DNA of 64,000 bases, taken from contig URFZ01000002.1 of NCBI GenBank assembly GCA_900547165.1, forward strand, positions 76,247 through 140,246, written 5' to 3'. This DNA is from an uncultured Eubacteriales bacterium (GTDB lineage Bacteria > Bacillota > Clostridia > Oscillospirales > UBA644). The position numbers were made by a program, and so were the translations under genes. Under the pieces are notes generated by a model. It saw nothing but the letters and a program-made list of their open reading frames with translations, was not told the origin of the DNA and made no database searches. Below, one piece after another: positions 7,762-16,617 of this stretch (positions are counted from its first letter, which is position 1; every line of letters starts with the position of its first letter).

Positions 7762-9417
7762 TTATTTGTTTTCTTTATAACTGTCTTTAAGCCCGACTGT
7801 CAATCCGAAAGTGTTCTCCTTGCGGCTGTCTTTGCAGAAATATCCCGTTCTGACAAACTGGAATGTGTCACCCGCCTTTGCGTCGGCAATGGCTTTTTCC
7901 GCTTTGCAGTTTTCGAGAACCGTCAGCGAATTGGGGTTGAGATAATCGTCAAGCACGATACCCTTTTCGCGAGTGTTTTCAATATTGAAGAGATTTTCGT
8001 ACAGGTTGACGGTCACGTTTTCGCATTCGGAGGCGGAAACCCAATGTATGGTTCCCTTTACTTTTCTTCCGTCCGCGGGCATTCCGCAGCCCGTTTCGAG
8101 GTCGGCTTCGCAATGAAGTTCCTTTATGCTGCCATCGTCGTTTTTGACTATCTCTTTCAGTTTTACTATATACGAACCCATAAGCCGTACTTCTCCGTCC
8201 GGTTTGAGACGGAAGAATTTCGGCGGAGGAACTTCCGCAAAGTCGTCGGCGTCAATATAAAGTTCGCGTGTAAACGCAACCTTTCTCTTGCCTGCCTCGT
8301 CGTTTTTCGGAATGTTCGGGAGTTCGAAATATTCTTTTTTATCCTCGGGGTAGTTTTCTATAACGACTTTTATCGGATGCAGAACAACCACTCTTCGCGG
8401 CGCCGTTTCGTTCAGTTCTTCTCTTATGCAATGTTCGAGAAGCGCGCTGTCAACAAGCGAAACCGCCTTTGCAACGCCCGCTCTTGCGATGAAGTCGAAA
8501 ATGGCGGAGGGAGTGTATCCTCTTCTTCTCATACCGCAAACGGTCGGCATACGCGGGTCGTCCCAGCCGTCAACCGTTCCGTTCTCCACAAGTTTGCGAA
8601 GCAGCCGTTTCGAAGTTACGGTGTTTGTGATAAACAGTTTTGCAAACTCTCTCTGCTTCGGCTTTTTCTCAAAGCCCACATTGTCGATGACCCACTCATA
8701 AAGCGGTCTGTGGTTCTCAAATTCGATGGAACACATCGAATGGGTTATGCCTTCGAGCGCGTCCTGAATGGGGTGAGCGAAGTCGTAGAGGGGGTAGATG
8801 CACCATTTGTCGCCCTGTCTGTGGTGGCGGCAATGCAGTATTCTGTAAATAACGGGGTCGCGCATATTAAGGTTCGGGGAGGACATATCTATCTTTGCGC
8901 GCAGACATCTTTCGCCGTCCGCGAACTCACCGTTTTTCATTCTTTCGAAAAGATCGAGGTTTTCCTCAACGCTTCTGTTCCTGTAAGGACTTTCCTTGCC
9001 GGGTTCGGTAAGCGTTCCGCGATATTTTTCATCCCATTCGTCTGCGGAGAGGTCGCACACGAACGCTTTGCCGTCCTTTATGAGTTTTACGGCATATTCG
9101 TAGCATTTATCGAAATAGTCCGAGCCGTAGAACACGCCGTCCGGGTCTTCGCCGATGAGCCATTTCAGATCTTCATAGATTGAATCCACAAACTCCACGT
9201 CTTCTTTGGTGGGGTTCGTATCGTCATAACGCAGATTGAATTTGCCGTTGTACTGTTTTTTTGCGGTGTAGTTTATATATATCGCCTTGATGTGGCCGAT
9301 GTGCAGGTATCCGTTCGGCTCGGGCGGAAAACGTGTGTGCACTTCATCGTAAACGCCGTCCGCAAGGTCTTTTTCTATTATATCGAACAGGAAGTTCGAA
9401 ACTTTGTTTTCTTCCAT
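7762..9417 (-). CDS. glnS: glutamine--tRNA ligase
   Basis: 551 aa. TRFPPEPNGYLHIGH (HIGH motif), NLRYDDTNP, class-I GlnRS architecture with a C-terminal anticodon-binding beta-barrel. Confidence 0.95.
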   Translation of the reverse strand: MEENKVSNFLFDIIEKDLADGVYDEVHTRFPPEPNGYLHIGHIKAIYINYTAKKQYNGKFNLRYDDTNPTKEDVEFVDSIYEDLKWLIGEDPDGVFYGSDYFDKCYEYAVKLIKDGKAFVCDLSADEWDEKYRGTLTEPGKESPYRNRSVEENLDLFERMKNGEFADGERCLRAKIDMSSPNLNMRDPVIYRILHCRHHRQGDKWCIYPLYDFAHPIQDALEGITHSMCSIEFENHRPLYEWVIDNVGFEKKPKQREFAKLFITNTVTSKRLLRKLVENGTVDGWDDPRMPTVCGMRRRGYTPSAIFDFIARAGVAKAVSLVDSALLEHCIREELNETAPRRVVVLHPIKVVIENYPEDKKEYFELPNIPKNDEAGKRKVAFTRELYIDADDFAEVPPPKFFRLKPDGEVRLMGSYIVKLKEIVKNDDGSIKELHCEADLETGCGMPADGRKVKGTIHWVSASECENVTVNLYENLFNIENTREKGIVLDDYLNPNSLTVLENCKAEKAIADAKAGDTFQFVRTGYFCKDSRKENTFGLTVGLKDSYKENK

Positions 9418-9432
9418 ATTATATATCCTTTC

Positions 9433-11118
9433 TTAAAGGGCTTTTTTCGCATTCTCTATTCTCTGCATAACTTTTTCTTTGCCGAGAACTTTCATCACAA
9501 AATATGTGTCCGGCGATTGCTGTCGTCCCGTTATCGCAACTCGGAGTATCATCGCAACGTCACCGACGTGACCTCTGTACTTCTCGGGCTCTTGCTTATA
9601 GAGTTTCATTTCGGGTGCGAAACCGAGTTTTTCAGCAATCGCTTTCAGGTCGTCGAACCATTCGTTTTGCTCTTTTGTCTCGTCATAGACCGACGGGTAT
9701 ATATCGAGGACTTTTTCAATATCCTCTTTTTGCAGATTTTCGGGATACGAATAATCGGGCGTGAACAACTCGTCATAGAAGAAGTCCATATACGGTCTTA
9801 CATCGGCGTATACCGCAAAGTCCTTGCGCGGTTTTTTGCCACCGCGGCCTATCGCGAGAATGGATTTCGCGTATTCGGGGGCTCTGTCAAGCAATGCAAA
9901 AAATTCGGGGTCGAACTTTTTCGCCCAATCCGCCGTACCCTTGTATATCTCGTCCGCGGAAAGTTTTGAAAGTACGTTCTTTGAAACGTCGTTCAGTTTG
10001 TCAAAGTCAAACAGACAGCCCGACGAACTCATTTTTTTGATGCTGAACGGGAAATCGAGGTACGACTTGTCCGCGTTCTGCGCGTGCCACTCTTCAAAGT
10101 TGGAATTGAGCAGCGTCATAACGTATTCCGCCACGCATTCGGGGGCATAGCCCATGCGCTCGTAATCGTTGAGGTTTGCACCCATATCGCGCTTTGACAA
10201 CTTCTTTTTGGAGCCGTTTTCGTCAAGGCGCATAAGCTGCGCGATGTGCATATATTTAACGGGTTTGAAGCCGAGATATCTGAAAAGTTGCAGGTGCTTG
10301 GGCAAACTCGGCAGCCACTCTTCGCCGCGTACAACGTGCGTTGTTCCCATAAGGTGGTCGTCCACCGCGTGCGCAAAGTGATACGTCGGAATCCCGTCGG
10401 ATTTCAAAAGCACGAAATCCTCGTCGTTTTCGGGCAGTTCAAGCGTTCCTTTTATAAGGTCGGTGAATTTCAGCTTCTTTTCGCCGTCGCCGTCCGCAAG
10501 AATATTCAGCGAATACGGGTCGCCCGCCGTCAGATGCCTCTCCACTTCTTCAAGCGTTATCGCGCGCTGTCGCGTCTGCTGTTCGCGTCTTTCCTGCGCC
10601 GCGCCGTCCCAGTCCTTTTCGGAATTTTCGGATTTCTTGTCCGCGCTTTTTATCTTTTCGAGTTCTTCTTTTGTTGTGAATACGGGATATGCTTTTCCCT
10701 CTTCGACAAGTCTTTTTGCGAAAACATGGTATATTTCGGCGCGCTTGCTTTGTCGGTAAGGACCGTATGCGCCCTTGTCCTCTATTTTGCCGTCGTCGCC
10801 GAGTATTGCGCCCTCGTCAAAGTGTACGCCGTAATGTTCAAGCGTTTTGACAAGTCCCTCCGCCGCGCCTTCAACTTCGCGTTTTGCGTCCGTATCCTCT
10901 ATTCGCAGATAGAACACACCGCCGCTTTGGTGCGCCAATCTTTCGCTGACAAAAACAGGAAAAAGTCCGCCGAAATGGACAAAACCGGTCGGGCTCGGTC
11001 CGAAACGGGTCACTTTTGCGTCCTCGGGCAGTTCTCTTTGCGGGTATCTTTTTGCAATGTCCTCTTCCGTAAGCGTTAAATCTCCGAACAAAAGTTGTGC
11101 AAGTCTTGCGTTATCCAT
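9433..11118 (-). CDS. gltX: glutamate--tRNA ligase (long form, 561 aa)
   Basis: RFGPSPTGFVHFGG (HxGG), YLRIEDTD, KLSKRD (KMSKS). It ends 15 nt upstream of glnS, so the two are likely co-transcribed. Confidence 0.9.
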   Translation of the reverse strand: MDNARLAQLLFGDLTLTEEDIAKRYPQRELPEDAKVTRFGPSPTGFVHFGGLFPVFVSERLAHQSGGVFYLRIEDTDAKREVEGAAEGLVKTLEHYGVHFDEGAILGDDGKIEDKGAYGPYRQSKRAEIYHVFAKRLVEEGKAYPVFTTKEELEKIKSADKKSENSEKDWDGAAQERREQQTRQRAITLEEVERHLTAGDPYSLNILADGDGEKKLKFTDLIKGTLELPENDEDFVLLKSDGIPTYHFAHAVDDHLMGTTHVVRGEEWLPSLPKHLQLFRYLGFKPVKYMHIAQLMRLDENGSKKKLSKRDMGANLNDYERMGYAPECVAEYVMTLLNSNFEEWHAQNADKSYLDFPFSIKKMSSSGCLFDFDKLNDVSKNVLSKLSADEIYKGTADWAKKFDPEFFALLDRAPEYAKSILAIGRGGKKPRKDFAVYADVRPYMDFFYDELFTPDYSYPENLQKEDIEKVLDIYPSVYDETKEQNEWFDDLKAIAEKLGFAPEMKLYKQEPEKYRGHVGDVAMILRVAITGRQQSPDTYFVMKVLGKEKVMQRIENAKKAL

Positions 11119-11365
11119 ATATCCTCACCGTTTTGCATTGCGCCGTATTTTCGGGGTGAATATACTTCTGCCCAAATATAAAGACGCATTATTTTCCTAT
11201 TATAATATATTAGTATATCATATATTTCCTTTCATTTCAAGTCGTTTGCAAAATTTTTCGCCGTATTTGCCGAGTTTTGCGCGGAAAGTTCTCCCGATAT
11301 TTTTCGTACGAAAAGAAATCCTTGTTGTGAAAACGCCCGTTTCAGAAAAAGTTCACAAATAGGTA

Positions 11366-11394
11366 TTGACATATAATATTATATGATGTATAAT
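11366..11394 (+). promoter_or_regulatory. consensus promoter of the PadR operon, with an embedded palindromic operator candidate
   Basis: TTGACA-17 nt-TATAAT. The perfect palindrome CATATAATATTATATG at 11370-11385 occupies the spacer. Confidence 0.6.
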
Positions 11395-11423
11395 ATTGCA
11401 CAGAAAACAACAGGGGTGATGAG

Positions 11424-11741
11424 ATGGTATTTCAACTCGGTTCGGCGCTGCTTGATGCGTGCGTGCTTGCCGTTTTGTCCGACGGGGACACTTACGGTTA
11501 TGTTCTGACGCAGAAAGTCAGACAGGTCATCGATATTTCGGAATCGACGCTTTATCCTGTTCTGCGGCGATTGCAAAAGGACGGTTCTCTGACCACATAC
11601 GACGTGCCTTTCGGCGGGCGCAACAGACGTTATTACCGCATAACGGAACAGGGGCTTGTAAAGTATCGCGAATATCTTGCGGCATGGAACGAATATAAAA
11701 AGAGCGTAGATAAGGTTTTGGGAGGAAAAAGCGATGAATAA
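11424..11741 (+). CDS. PadR-family transcriptional regulator
   Basis: 105 aa. Winged-helix motifs GDTYGYVL...ESTLYPVLRRLQKDG...RRYYRITEQG. Confidence 0.9.
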   Translation: MVFQLGSALLDACVLAVLSDGDTYGYVLTQKVRQVIDISESTLYPVLRRLQKDGSLTTYDVPFGGRNRRYYRITEQGLVKYREYLAAWNEYKKSVDKVLGGKSDE

Positions 11742-12291
11742 GAATGAATTTCTTCGCATATTGAGAGAAAATCTGAACGGGTTGCCCGCAGATGAAGCGG
11801 AAAGTGCCGTCAGATACTATTCGGAGTACATTGATGATGCGGGCGGCTCGGTTGCGGTTTTTGAAGAACTCGGCGACCCTGCGGAACTCGCGAAAAAAAT
11901 CAGAAACGACGGTCAGCCGAAAGACGGCGTTGAAAAAGAGCCTGCTTCGTCTGCCGAAAAGAAATCAAAAATGCCGATTTGGGCAAAGATACTTATAACC
12001 GTATTGACTTTTCCGTTCTGGATAGGACCTGTTGCCGCAGTCTTCGGCATAACGGTCGCGTTTGTTTCGGTTGCCGCAGGTTTTCTGCTCGGCGGAGCTG
12101 CGGCGTTCGGCAGCGGAATATATTTCGCTTTCCAAGACGTTGCGTCGGGGCTGCTCTGCTCGGGTTCGGGGCTTTTGCTGGTCGGACTCGGCGGTCTTAT
12201 CGGCGTGGGAATGTTTTATGTCTGCAAATATGAGGGTATAGGCGTTTACAAACTGTGCCGCCTGATATTCACGAACGGGGGTAAAAAATAA
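11734..12291 (+). CDS. DUF1700-type membrane protein (PadR-associated)
   Basis: N-terminus MNKNEFLRILRENLNGLPADEAESAVRYYSEYI is typical of DUF1700. C-terminal TM helices. Overlaps the PadR stop. Confidence 0.7.
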   Translation: MNKNEFLRILRENLNGLPADEAESAVRYYSEYIDDAGGSVAVFEELGDPAELAKKIRNDGQPKDGVEKEPASSAEKKSKMPIWAKILITVLTFPFWIGPVAAVFGITVAFVSVAAGFLLGGAAAFGSGIYFAFQDVASGLLCSGSGLLLVGLGGLIGVGMFYVCKYEGIGVYKLCRLIFTNGGKK

Positions 12292-13160
12292 TGAAAGCAT
12301 TTGCCAAAATTCTGATAATATCCGCTTGTTTTGTGCTTGTCGGCGCAATAATCGCGGGCGTCGGTGTTGCTCTCGGCGCAAAAGGTTTTGTATTTGACCG
12401 TGGAGGGAAACTCATTACCGTCAAGGGTGAAGGCGTCGGCAGTTCTGTGGAAGCAGGCGAAAAACTTGAAGCGTTTTCGGAAGCAACGATAGACGTAAAA
12501 TGCGGAAAAGTTATCGTTGAGGCGGGCAATGAATATTCGATAGAAATAAAATATTCCGCGGAAGAACTGAAACCGACGTATGCCGTCAAGAACGGAAAAC
12601 TTGAAGTTACATCGCCGAACGGCGGGTTCTTTCTGAATTTCGGAATGTTTGATTTTGACAAAAACTATGTCAAAGTTATCGTTCCGAGTGACGCGCTTAA
12701 AAATCTTTCCGTTGACAGCAGTGCGGGCGAGGTCGATATTTTGGGACTTACAGGCACTTCCTACGGAAAAATCACGGTCAGAGCAAGTGCGGGCGGCATA
12801 GATATAGAAAATGTTTACGGCTTCGGAGAACTTAATGTGAAGTCGAGCGCGGGCGGCGTTGACCTTGAAGGCGTGACAGTAGGAAGCGCCGTTGTCAAAT
12901 CAAGCGCGGGCAGTATTGAAATAAAGGATTTTGAGGGCAGCCTTGAAGCTGATTCGTCCGCGGGCGGCGTTGAAGTGTCCTTGCGCGACGGAGCATATTC
13001 GGACGCGAAGTATTCGGTTTCGCTGAAAGCGAGCGCGGGAAGTGTTGAAGTTGACGGCAGGCACATAAAAGGCTCGGAATACTCTTTCGGAAGCGGAAGC
13101 AAATATATAATACACATTAAATCAAGTGCAGGCAGCGTAAAGTTCGACACGAACAGATAG
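12291..13160 (+). CDS. DUF4097-type beta-strand-repeat protein (putative adhesin / LiaG-like)
   Basis: N-terminal TM, then a reiterated SSAGxVxI/L motif (x7). TAATG overlap with the upstream gene. Confidence 0.7.
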   Translation: MKAFAKILIISACFVLVGAIIAGVGVALGAKGFVFDRGGKLITVKGEGVGSSVEAGEKLEAFSEATIDVKCGKVIVEAGNEYSIEIKYSAEELKPTYAVKNGKLEVTSPNGGFFLNFGMFDFDKNYVKVIVPSDALKNLSVDSSAGEVDILGLTGTSYGKITVRASAGGIDIENVYGFGELNVKSSAGGVDLEGVTVGSAVVKSSAGSIEIKDFEGSLEADSSAGGVEVSLRDGAYSDAKYSVSLKASAGSVEVDGRHIKGSEYSFGSGSKYIIHIKSSAGSVKFDTNR

Positions 13161-13180
13161 AGATATACTTAACCAAAAAA

Positions 13181-13228
13181 ATAGGAAAACGCGGAGAAAG
13201 GAAAGGCTTCGCGTTTTCCTATTTTTTA
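13181..13228 (+). terminator. intrinsic terminator
   Basis: 13-bp stem ataggaaaacgcg/cgcgttttcctat followed by TTTTTT. Confidence 0.75.
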
Positions 13229-13231
13229 TGG

Positions 13232-13260
13232 TTGAAATACCGCAAAATTTATGATATACT
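13232..13260 (+). promoter_or_regulatory. promoter candidate
   Basis: TTGAAA-17 nt-TATACT. Confidence 0.45.
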
Positions 13261-13385
13261 GAAAATACGATATAAAGTCTTTTAAATCGACAGAAAAACA
13301 TATTTGTGTCGTTCCGTTTTGTTTCGGCTTCCTTTATAATAGAATCAAGAAACAGGGCATTGCCCAAAAAAGGAGACTGAACAAA

Positions 13386-13745
13386 ATGAACACAGACAAA
13401 ATTTATGCGGAGCAGATTGCAAACGAATACGCACCCAAGGACACTTCAAAAGTGGTTGCATTAAAAAAACTTGACGCGAAAGCCAAACTTCCCGCAACCG
13501 TTTTCACTTATACGCTCGGAATAGTTTCCGCTCTTGTTTTCGGCACGGGAATGTGTCTTGCGATGAAAGTTATCGGCTCGGGCACGGTCGGGGCGGTCGT
13601 TCTCGGCGTTCTCGTCGGGGTTTTGGGGGTGCTCGGCATGGGCGTCAATTATCCCGCCTATAAAAGAATTTTGGCAAACGGTAAGAAAAAATACGCATTT
13701 GAAATTATGCAGCTTGCAAAGGAGATAAGCGAGAAACAGGAGTGA
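13386..13745 (+). CDS. small membrane protein (2 TM), unknown function
   Basis: 119 aa. RBS AGGAG. Two hydrophobic helices. Confidence 0.5.
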   Translation: MNTDKIYAEQIANEYAPKDTSKVVALKKLDAKAKLPATVFTYTLGIVSALVFGTGMCLAMKVIGSGTVGAVVLGVLVGVLGVLGMGVNYPAYKRILANGKKKYAFEIMQLAKEISEKQE

Positions 13746-14665
13746 AAAAGGCAAAACAGATTTTGCTGCGGGCGGTTTTTCCGCCGAGACCCGTGGTGTT
13801 GATATTGCCGTCTTGCTCATTCGCCGCAACGATATTTGTTTTTGTTCGCGGGCTTGAAAAGACGGCGGCGGCATATCCCGTATTCTTTTTTGCGGCGTAT
13901 TCGCTTATGATAGTTATCGCCGTTTTTCCGAAAACCATAAAAAGGCTCAGAACATCGTTTCCCGAAGTTCTGAGCCGAAACGGGCTTTTCCGAAAAGTCG
14001 CTTCGACCGAAGTCGGCGACAGATACCTTCACGACCGCGCTTTTCGAGGAAGCGTCGGGGTCAGGTTCGGAATGACGACAAATCTGTTTTACTCTCTTTT
14101 CCGCGGGGTTGTCGGCATATTACATTCTTCCGTATGGTCGCTGTCTCTTGCCGCATATTATCTTGTTCTCGGTCTTTTGCGGGCGCATCTTTCCCATGCA
14201 TACAAAGTCCGCAACGAAAAAGGCGGACTGAAATATGAACGTAAATGCTATCGCAGTACCGCATGGCTCCTGTTTTTGCTGAATATCCCGATGGGCGGCA
14301 TGACCGCGCTTATGGTTCTTACCGACAGCAGATTTTCCTATCCCGGATACGTTATCTATCTTTCCGCGATATACACGTTTTACATTTCGACGGTCTCCGT
14401 TGTCAATCTTGTCAGATACAGAAAACTCGGAAGCCCCGTACTGTCCGCGGCCAAGGTTCTGAATGTAGTCGCCGCCATGATGTCCGTGCTCGGTCTTCAA
14501 ACCGCGATGATTTCGCGCTTTTCTCCGACCGACCATGCGTATTTTGCGCGCACGATGAACACCGTGACTGGTGCGGCGGTTTGTTTCGGCGTAATAGTTA
14601 TCGCCGTTTTTATGCTTATCAAATCCCGCAAAACAAAATCGGAGGTATTCTCGACTTATGAATAA
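13742..14665 (+). CDS. polytopic membrane protein, unknown function (start uncertain)
   Basis: 307-aa ORF with 6-7 hydrophobic segments. The GTG at 13742 overlaps the upstream stop but has poor RBS spacing. Confidence 0.45.
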   Translation: MKKAKQILLRAVFPPRPVVLILPSCSFAATIFVFVRGLEKTAAAYPVFFFAAYSLMIVIAVFPKTIKRLRTSFPEVLSRNGLFRKVASTEVGDRYLHDRAFRGSVGVRFGMTTNLFYSLFRGVVGILHSSVWSLSLAAYYLVLGLLRAHLSHAYKVRNEKGGLKYERKCYRSTAWLLFLLNIPMGGMTALMVLTDSRFSYPGYVIYLSAIYTFYISTVSVVNLVRYRKLGSPVLSAAKVLNVVAAMMSVLGLQTAMISRFSPTDHAYFARTMNTVTGAAVCFGVIVIAVFMLIKSRKTKSEVFSTYE

Positions 14666-15251
14666 AAACGAGAGCAAATATTTCAATACCGCCGTAAAAA
14701 TGGACGCGGCGCTTATGTCGCTTCTCGAAAAGAAAGATTTTGAATACATAACCGTAAAAGAAGTCTGCGCCGAAGCGGGAGTGAACCGCTCGACGTTTTA
14801 TCTGCATTACGAAAACACCCGCGATTTGCTTGAAGAGAGCATAGAACTTATGCAGAAACGTTTTCTTTCATATTTCGAGCATGACGCCGCTGAGATGATA
14901 GGCAAGATAAAAACGTGTCCGCTTGACGAACTTATTCTTATAACGCCGGAATATCTGACGCCTTATCTGACATATATAAACGAAAACAGACGCATTTACG
15001 CCGCGGCGATGTCACGCCCCGACACATTTGACTCGAACGGCGCATACCGTGCGATGTTTCGGCACATTTTCGACCCCATTCTTGAACGGTTCAGAGTGCC
15101 TGTTGACGAACGTGAATATATGATGACGTTCTATCTTAACGGGATAGGCGCTGTTGTTTCATCATGGCTGAAAAACGGTTGTGCCGATTCGACGGATAAG
15201 TTGATGCGCGTTATATTGCGCTGTATTCCTGTATATAAAACCGAAAATTGA
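14658..15251 (+). CDS. TetR/AcrR-family transcriptional regulator
   Basis: N-terminal HTH ITVKEVCAEAGVNRSTFYLHYENTRDLL. Confidence 0.85.
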   Translation: MNKNESKYFNTAVKMDAALMSLLEKKDFEYITVKEVCAEAGVNRSTFYLHYENTRDLLEESIELMQKRFLSYFEHDAAEMIGKIKTCPLDELILITPEYLTPYLTYINENRRIYAAAMSRPDTFDSNGAYRAMFRHIFDPILERFRVPVDEREYMMTFYLNGIGAVVSSWLKNGCADSTDKLMRVILRCIPVYKTEN

Positions 15252-15279
15252 TTCAAAAAAATATAAAGGTAAAGATAAT

Positions 15280-16128
15280 ATGAAAAAAGGACTTATTCTT
15301 GAAGGCGGCGCGATGCGCGGACTTTTTACGGCGGGTGTGCTTGACGTTTTGATGGAAAACGGCGTGACATTCGACGGCGCGGTCGGTGTTTCCGCAGGCG
15401 CGGCGTTCGGCTGCAACATAAAATCTCATCAGATAGGAAGGGTATTGCGGTACAATACTCGGTTTTGCGCCGATAAACGCTATTGCGGCATGAGTTCTCT
15501 GCTTAAAACGGGGAATATATACAGCACGGATTTTTGTTATGGTGAAGTTCCTCTCAAATATGATCCTTTCGATTTTGAAACGTACAAAAAAGACCCTATG
15601 GAGTTCTATGTGGTCAGCACCGATGTTGAAACGGGAAAACCAGTTTATCACAAATACACGGGTGAAGATGACAGCGGTTTTGACTGGATAAGGGCGTCCG
15701 CTTCCATGCCGCTTGTTTCGCAGATAGTCGAAATTGACGAACAAAAACTGCTTGACGGCGGAATATCCGACTCAATACCCGTCGAATTTTTCGAAAGTCT
15801 CGGATATGACCGCAACGTTGCCGTTCTGACGCAGCCGAAAACATATCAAAAGAGCAAAAACAAAATGATGCCCCTGATAAAGATTAAATACCGCAAGTAT
15901 CCGAAGTTTATCGAGACCGTCGCAAACAGACACATTATGTATAATGCCGAGACGGCGCTCGTTTCCGAAAAGGAACATAACGGTACTCTTTTTGTTATCC
16001 GTCCCGAAAGCCCGCTGCCCGTCGGGAGGGTTGAAAAAGACCCCGAAAAACTGAGAGAGGCTTACGAAATAGGCAGAAGCGCGATGAAAGAAAGGCTTGA
16101 AGACCTTTTGATATATCTGAACAAATAA
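15280..16128 (+). CDS. patatin-like phospholipase
   Basis: Oxyanion GGAMRG, nucleophile GVSAG (GxSxG), Asp dyad LLDGGISD. Confidence 0.9.
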   Translation: MKKGLILEGGAMRGLFTAGVLDVLMENGVTFDGAVGVSAGAAFGCNIKSHQIGRVLRYNTRFCADKRYCGMSSLLKTGNIYSTDFCYGEVPLKYDPFDFETYKKDPMEFYVVSTDVETGKPVYHKYTGEDDSGFDWIRASASMPLVSQIVEIDEQKLLDGGISDSIPVEFFESLGYDRNVAVLTQPKTYQKSKNKMMPLIKIKYRKYPKFIETVANRHIMYNAETALVSEKEHNGTLFVIRPESPLPVGRVEKDPEKLREAYEIGRSAMKERLEDLLIYLNK

Positions 16129-16134
16129 TATAAA

Positions 16135-16176
16135 ATATGACCGCTGCGGAAAAACCGTAACGGTCATATTTGTTTT
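16135..16176 (+). terminator. terminator in the convergent gap
   Basis: Stem atatgaccg/cggtcatat followed by ttgtttt. Confidence 0.5.
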
Positions 16177-16609
16177 ATCGGAAAGTTAATTCCATTTCAA
16201 TCTCGTCTTCGTCGCGTCCCGTTTCAGAAAACCCGAGGTTTTCGTACAGTTTTTTCGCCACGGTCGCGCCCTCGACATAGCAGAGAGCGACTTTTTTGTA
16301 TTTGCCGTCTTTTTTCATTTCGTCAAGTACAAGTTTTGCGGCTGTTTTGCCGAACCCCTGCCCCTGAAACTTCTCGTCTATGAAAAGTTGGCTGAAAATA
16401 TAGGCGTTTCGTTCGGGACTGTCGTAGAAAAGCCCCATGCCGACATACGTCTTATCGTTGAGAATGAAAAAGGCTCTGCTTCTGTATTCGCGGTATGCAT
16501 ACGCTCTTGCCAAAAGAACGGTCTTATCCGCCACAAAATCTTTTTGCTCTTCGGAAACTTTGAGCGTGGTTCTCCAATTTTTGCCGTTGACGTCTTCTAA
16601 CTTTATCAT
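16175..16609 (-). CDS. GNAT-family N-acetyltransferase
   Basis: 144 aa. Acetyl-CoA motif QGQGFGKTAAKLVL. Confidence 0.8.
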   Translation of the reverse strand: MIKLEDVNGKNWRTTLKVSEEQKDFVADKTVLLARAYAYREYRSRAFFILNDKTYVGMGLFYDSPERNAYIFSQLFIDEKFQGQGFGKTAAKLVLDEMKKDGKYKKVALCYVEGATVAKKLYENLGFSETGRDEDEIEMELTFR

Positions 16610-16617
16610 AATTCGTT

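Noticed and set aside
11119-11365. Possible T-box riboswitch upstream of gltX-glnS.
   Set aside because: I read the minus-strand leader and found no specifier-loop or AGAGA elements and no T-box consensus (AAUUAGGGUGGUACCGCG-like). The region is too short and contains only promoter-like elements.
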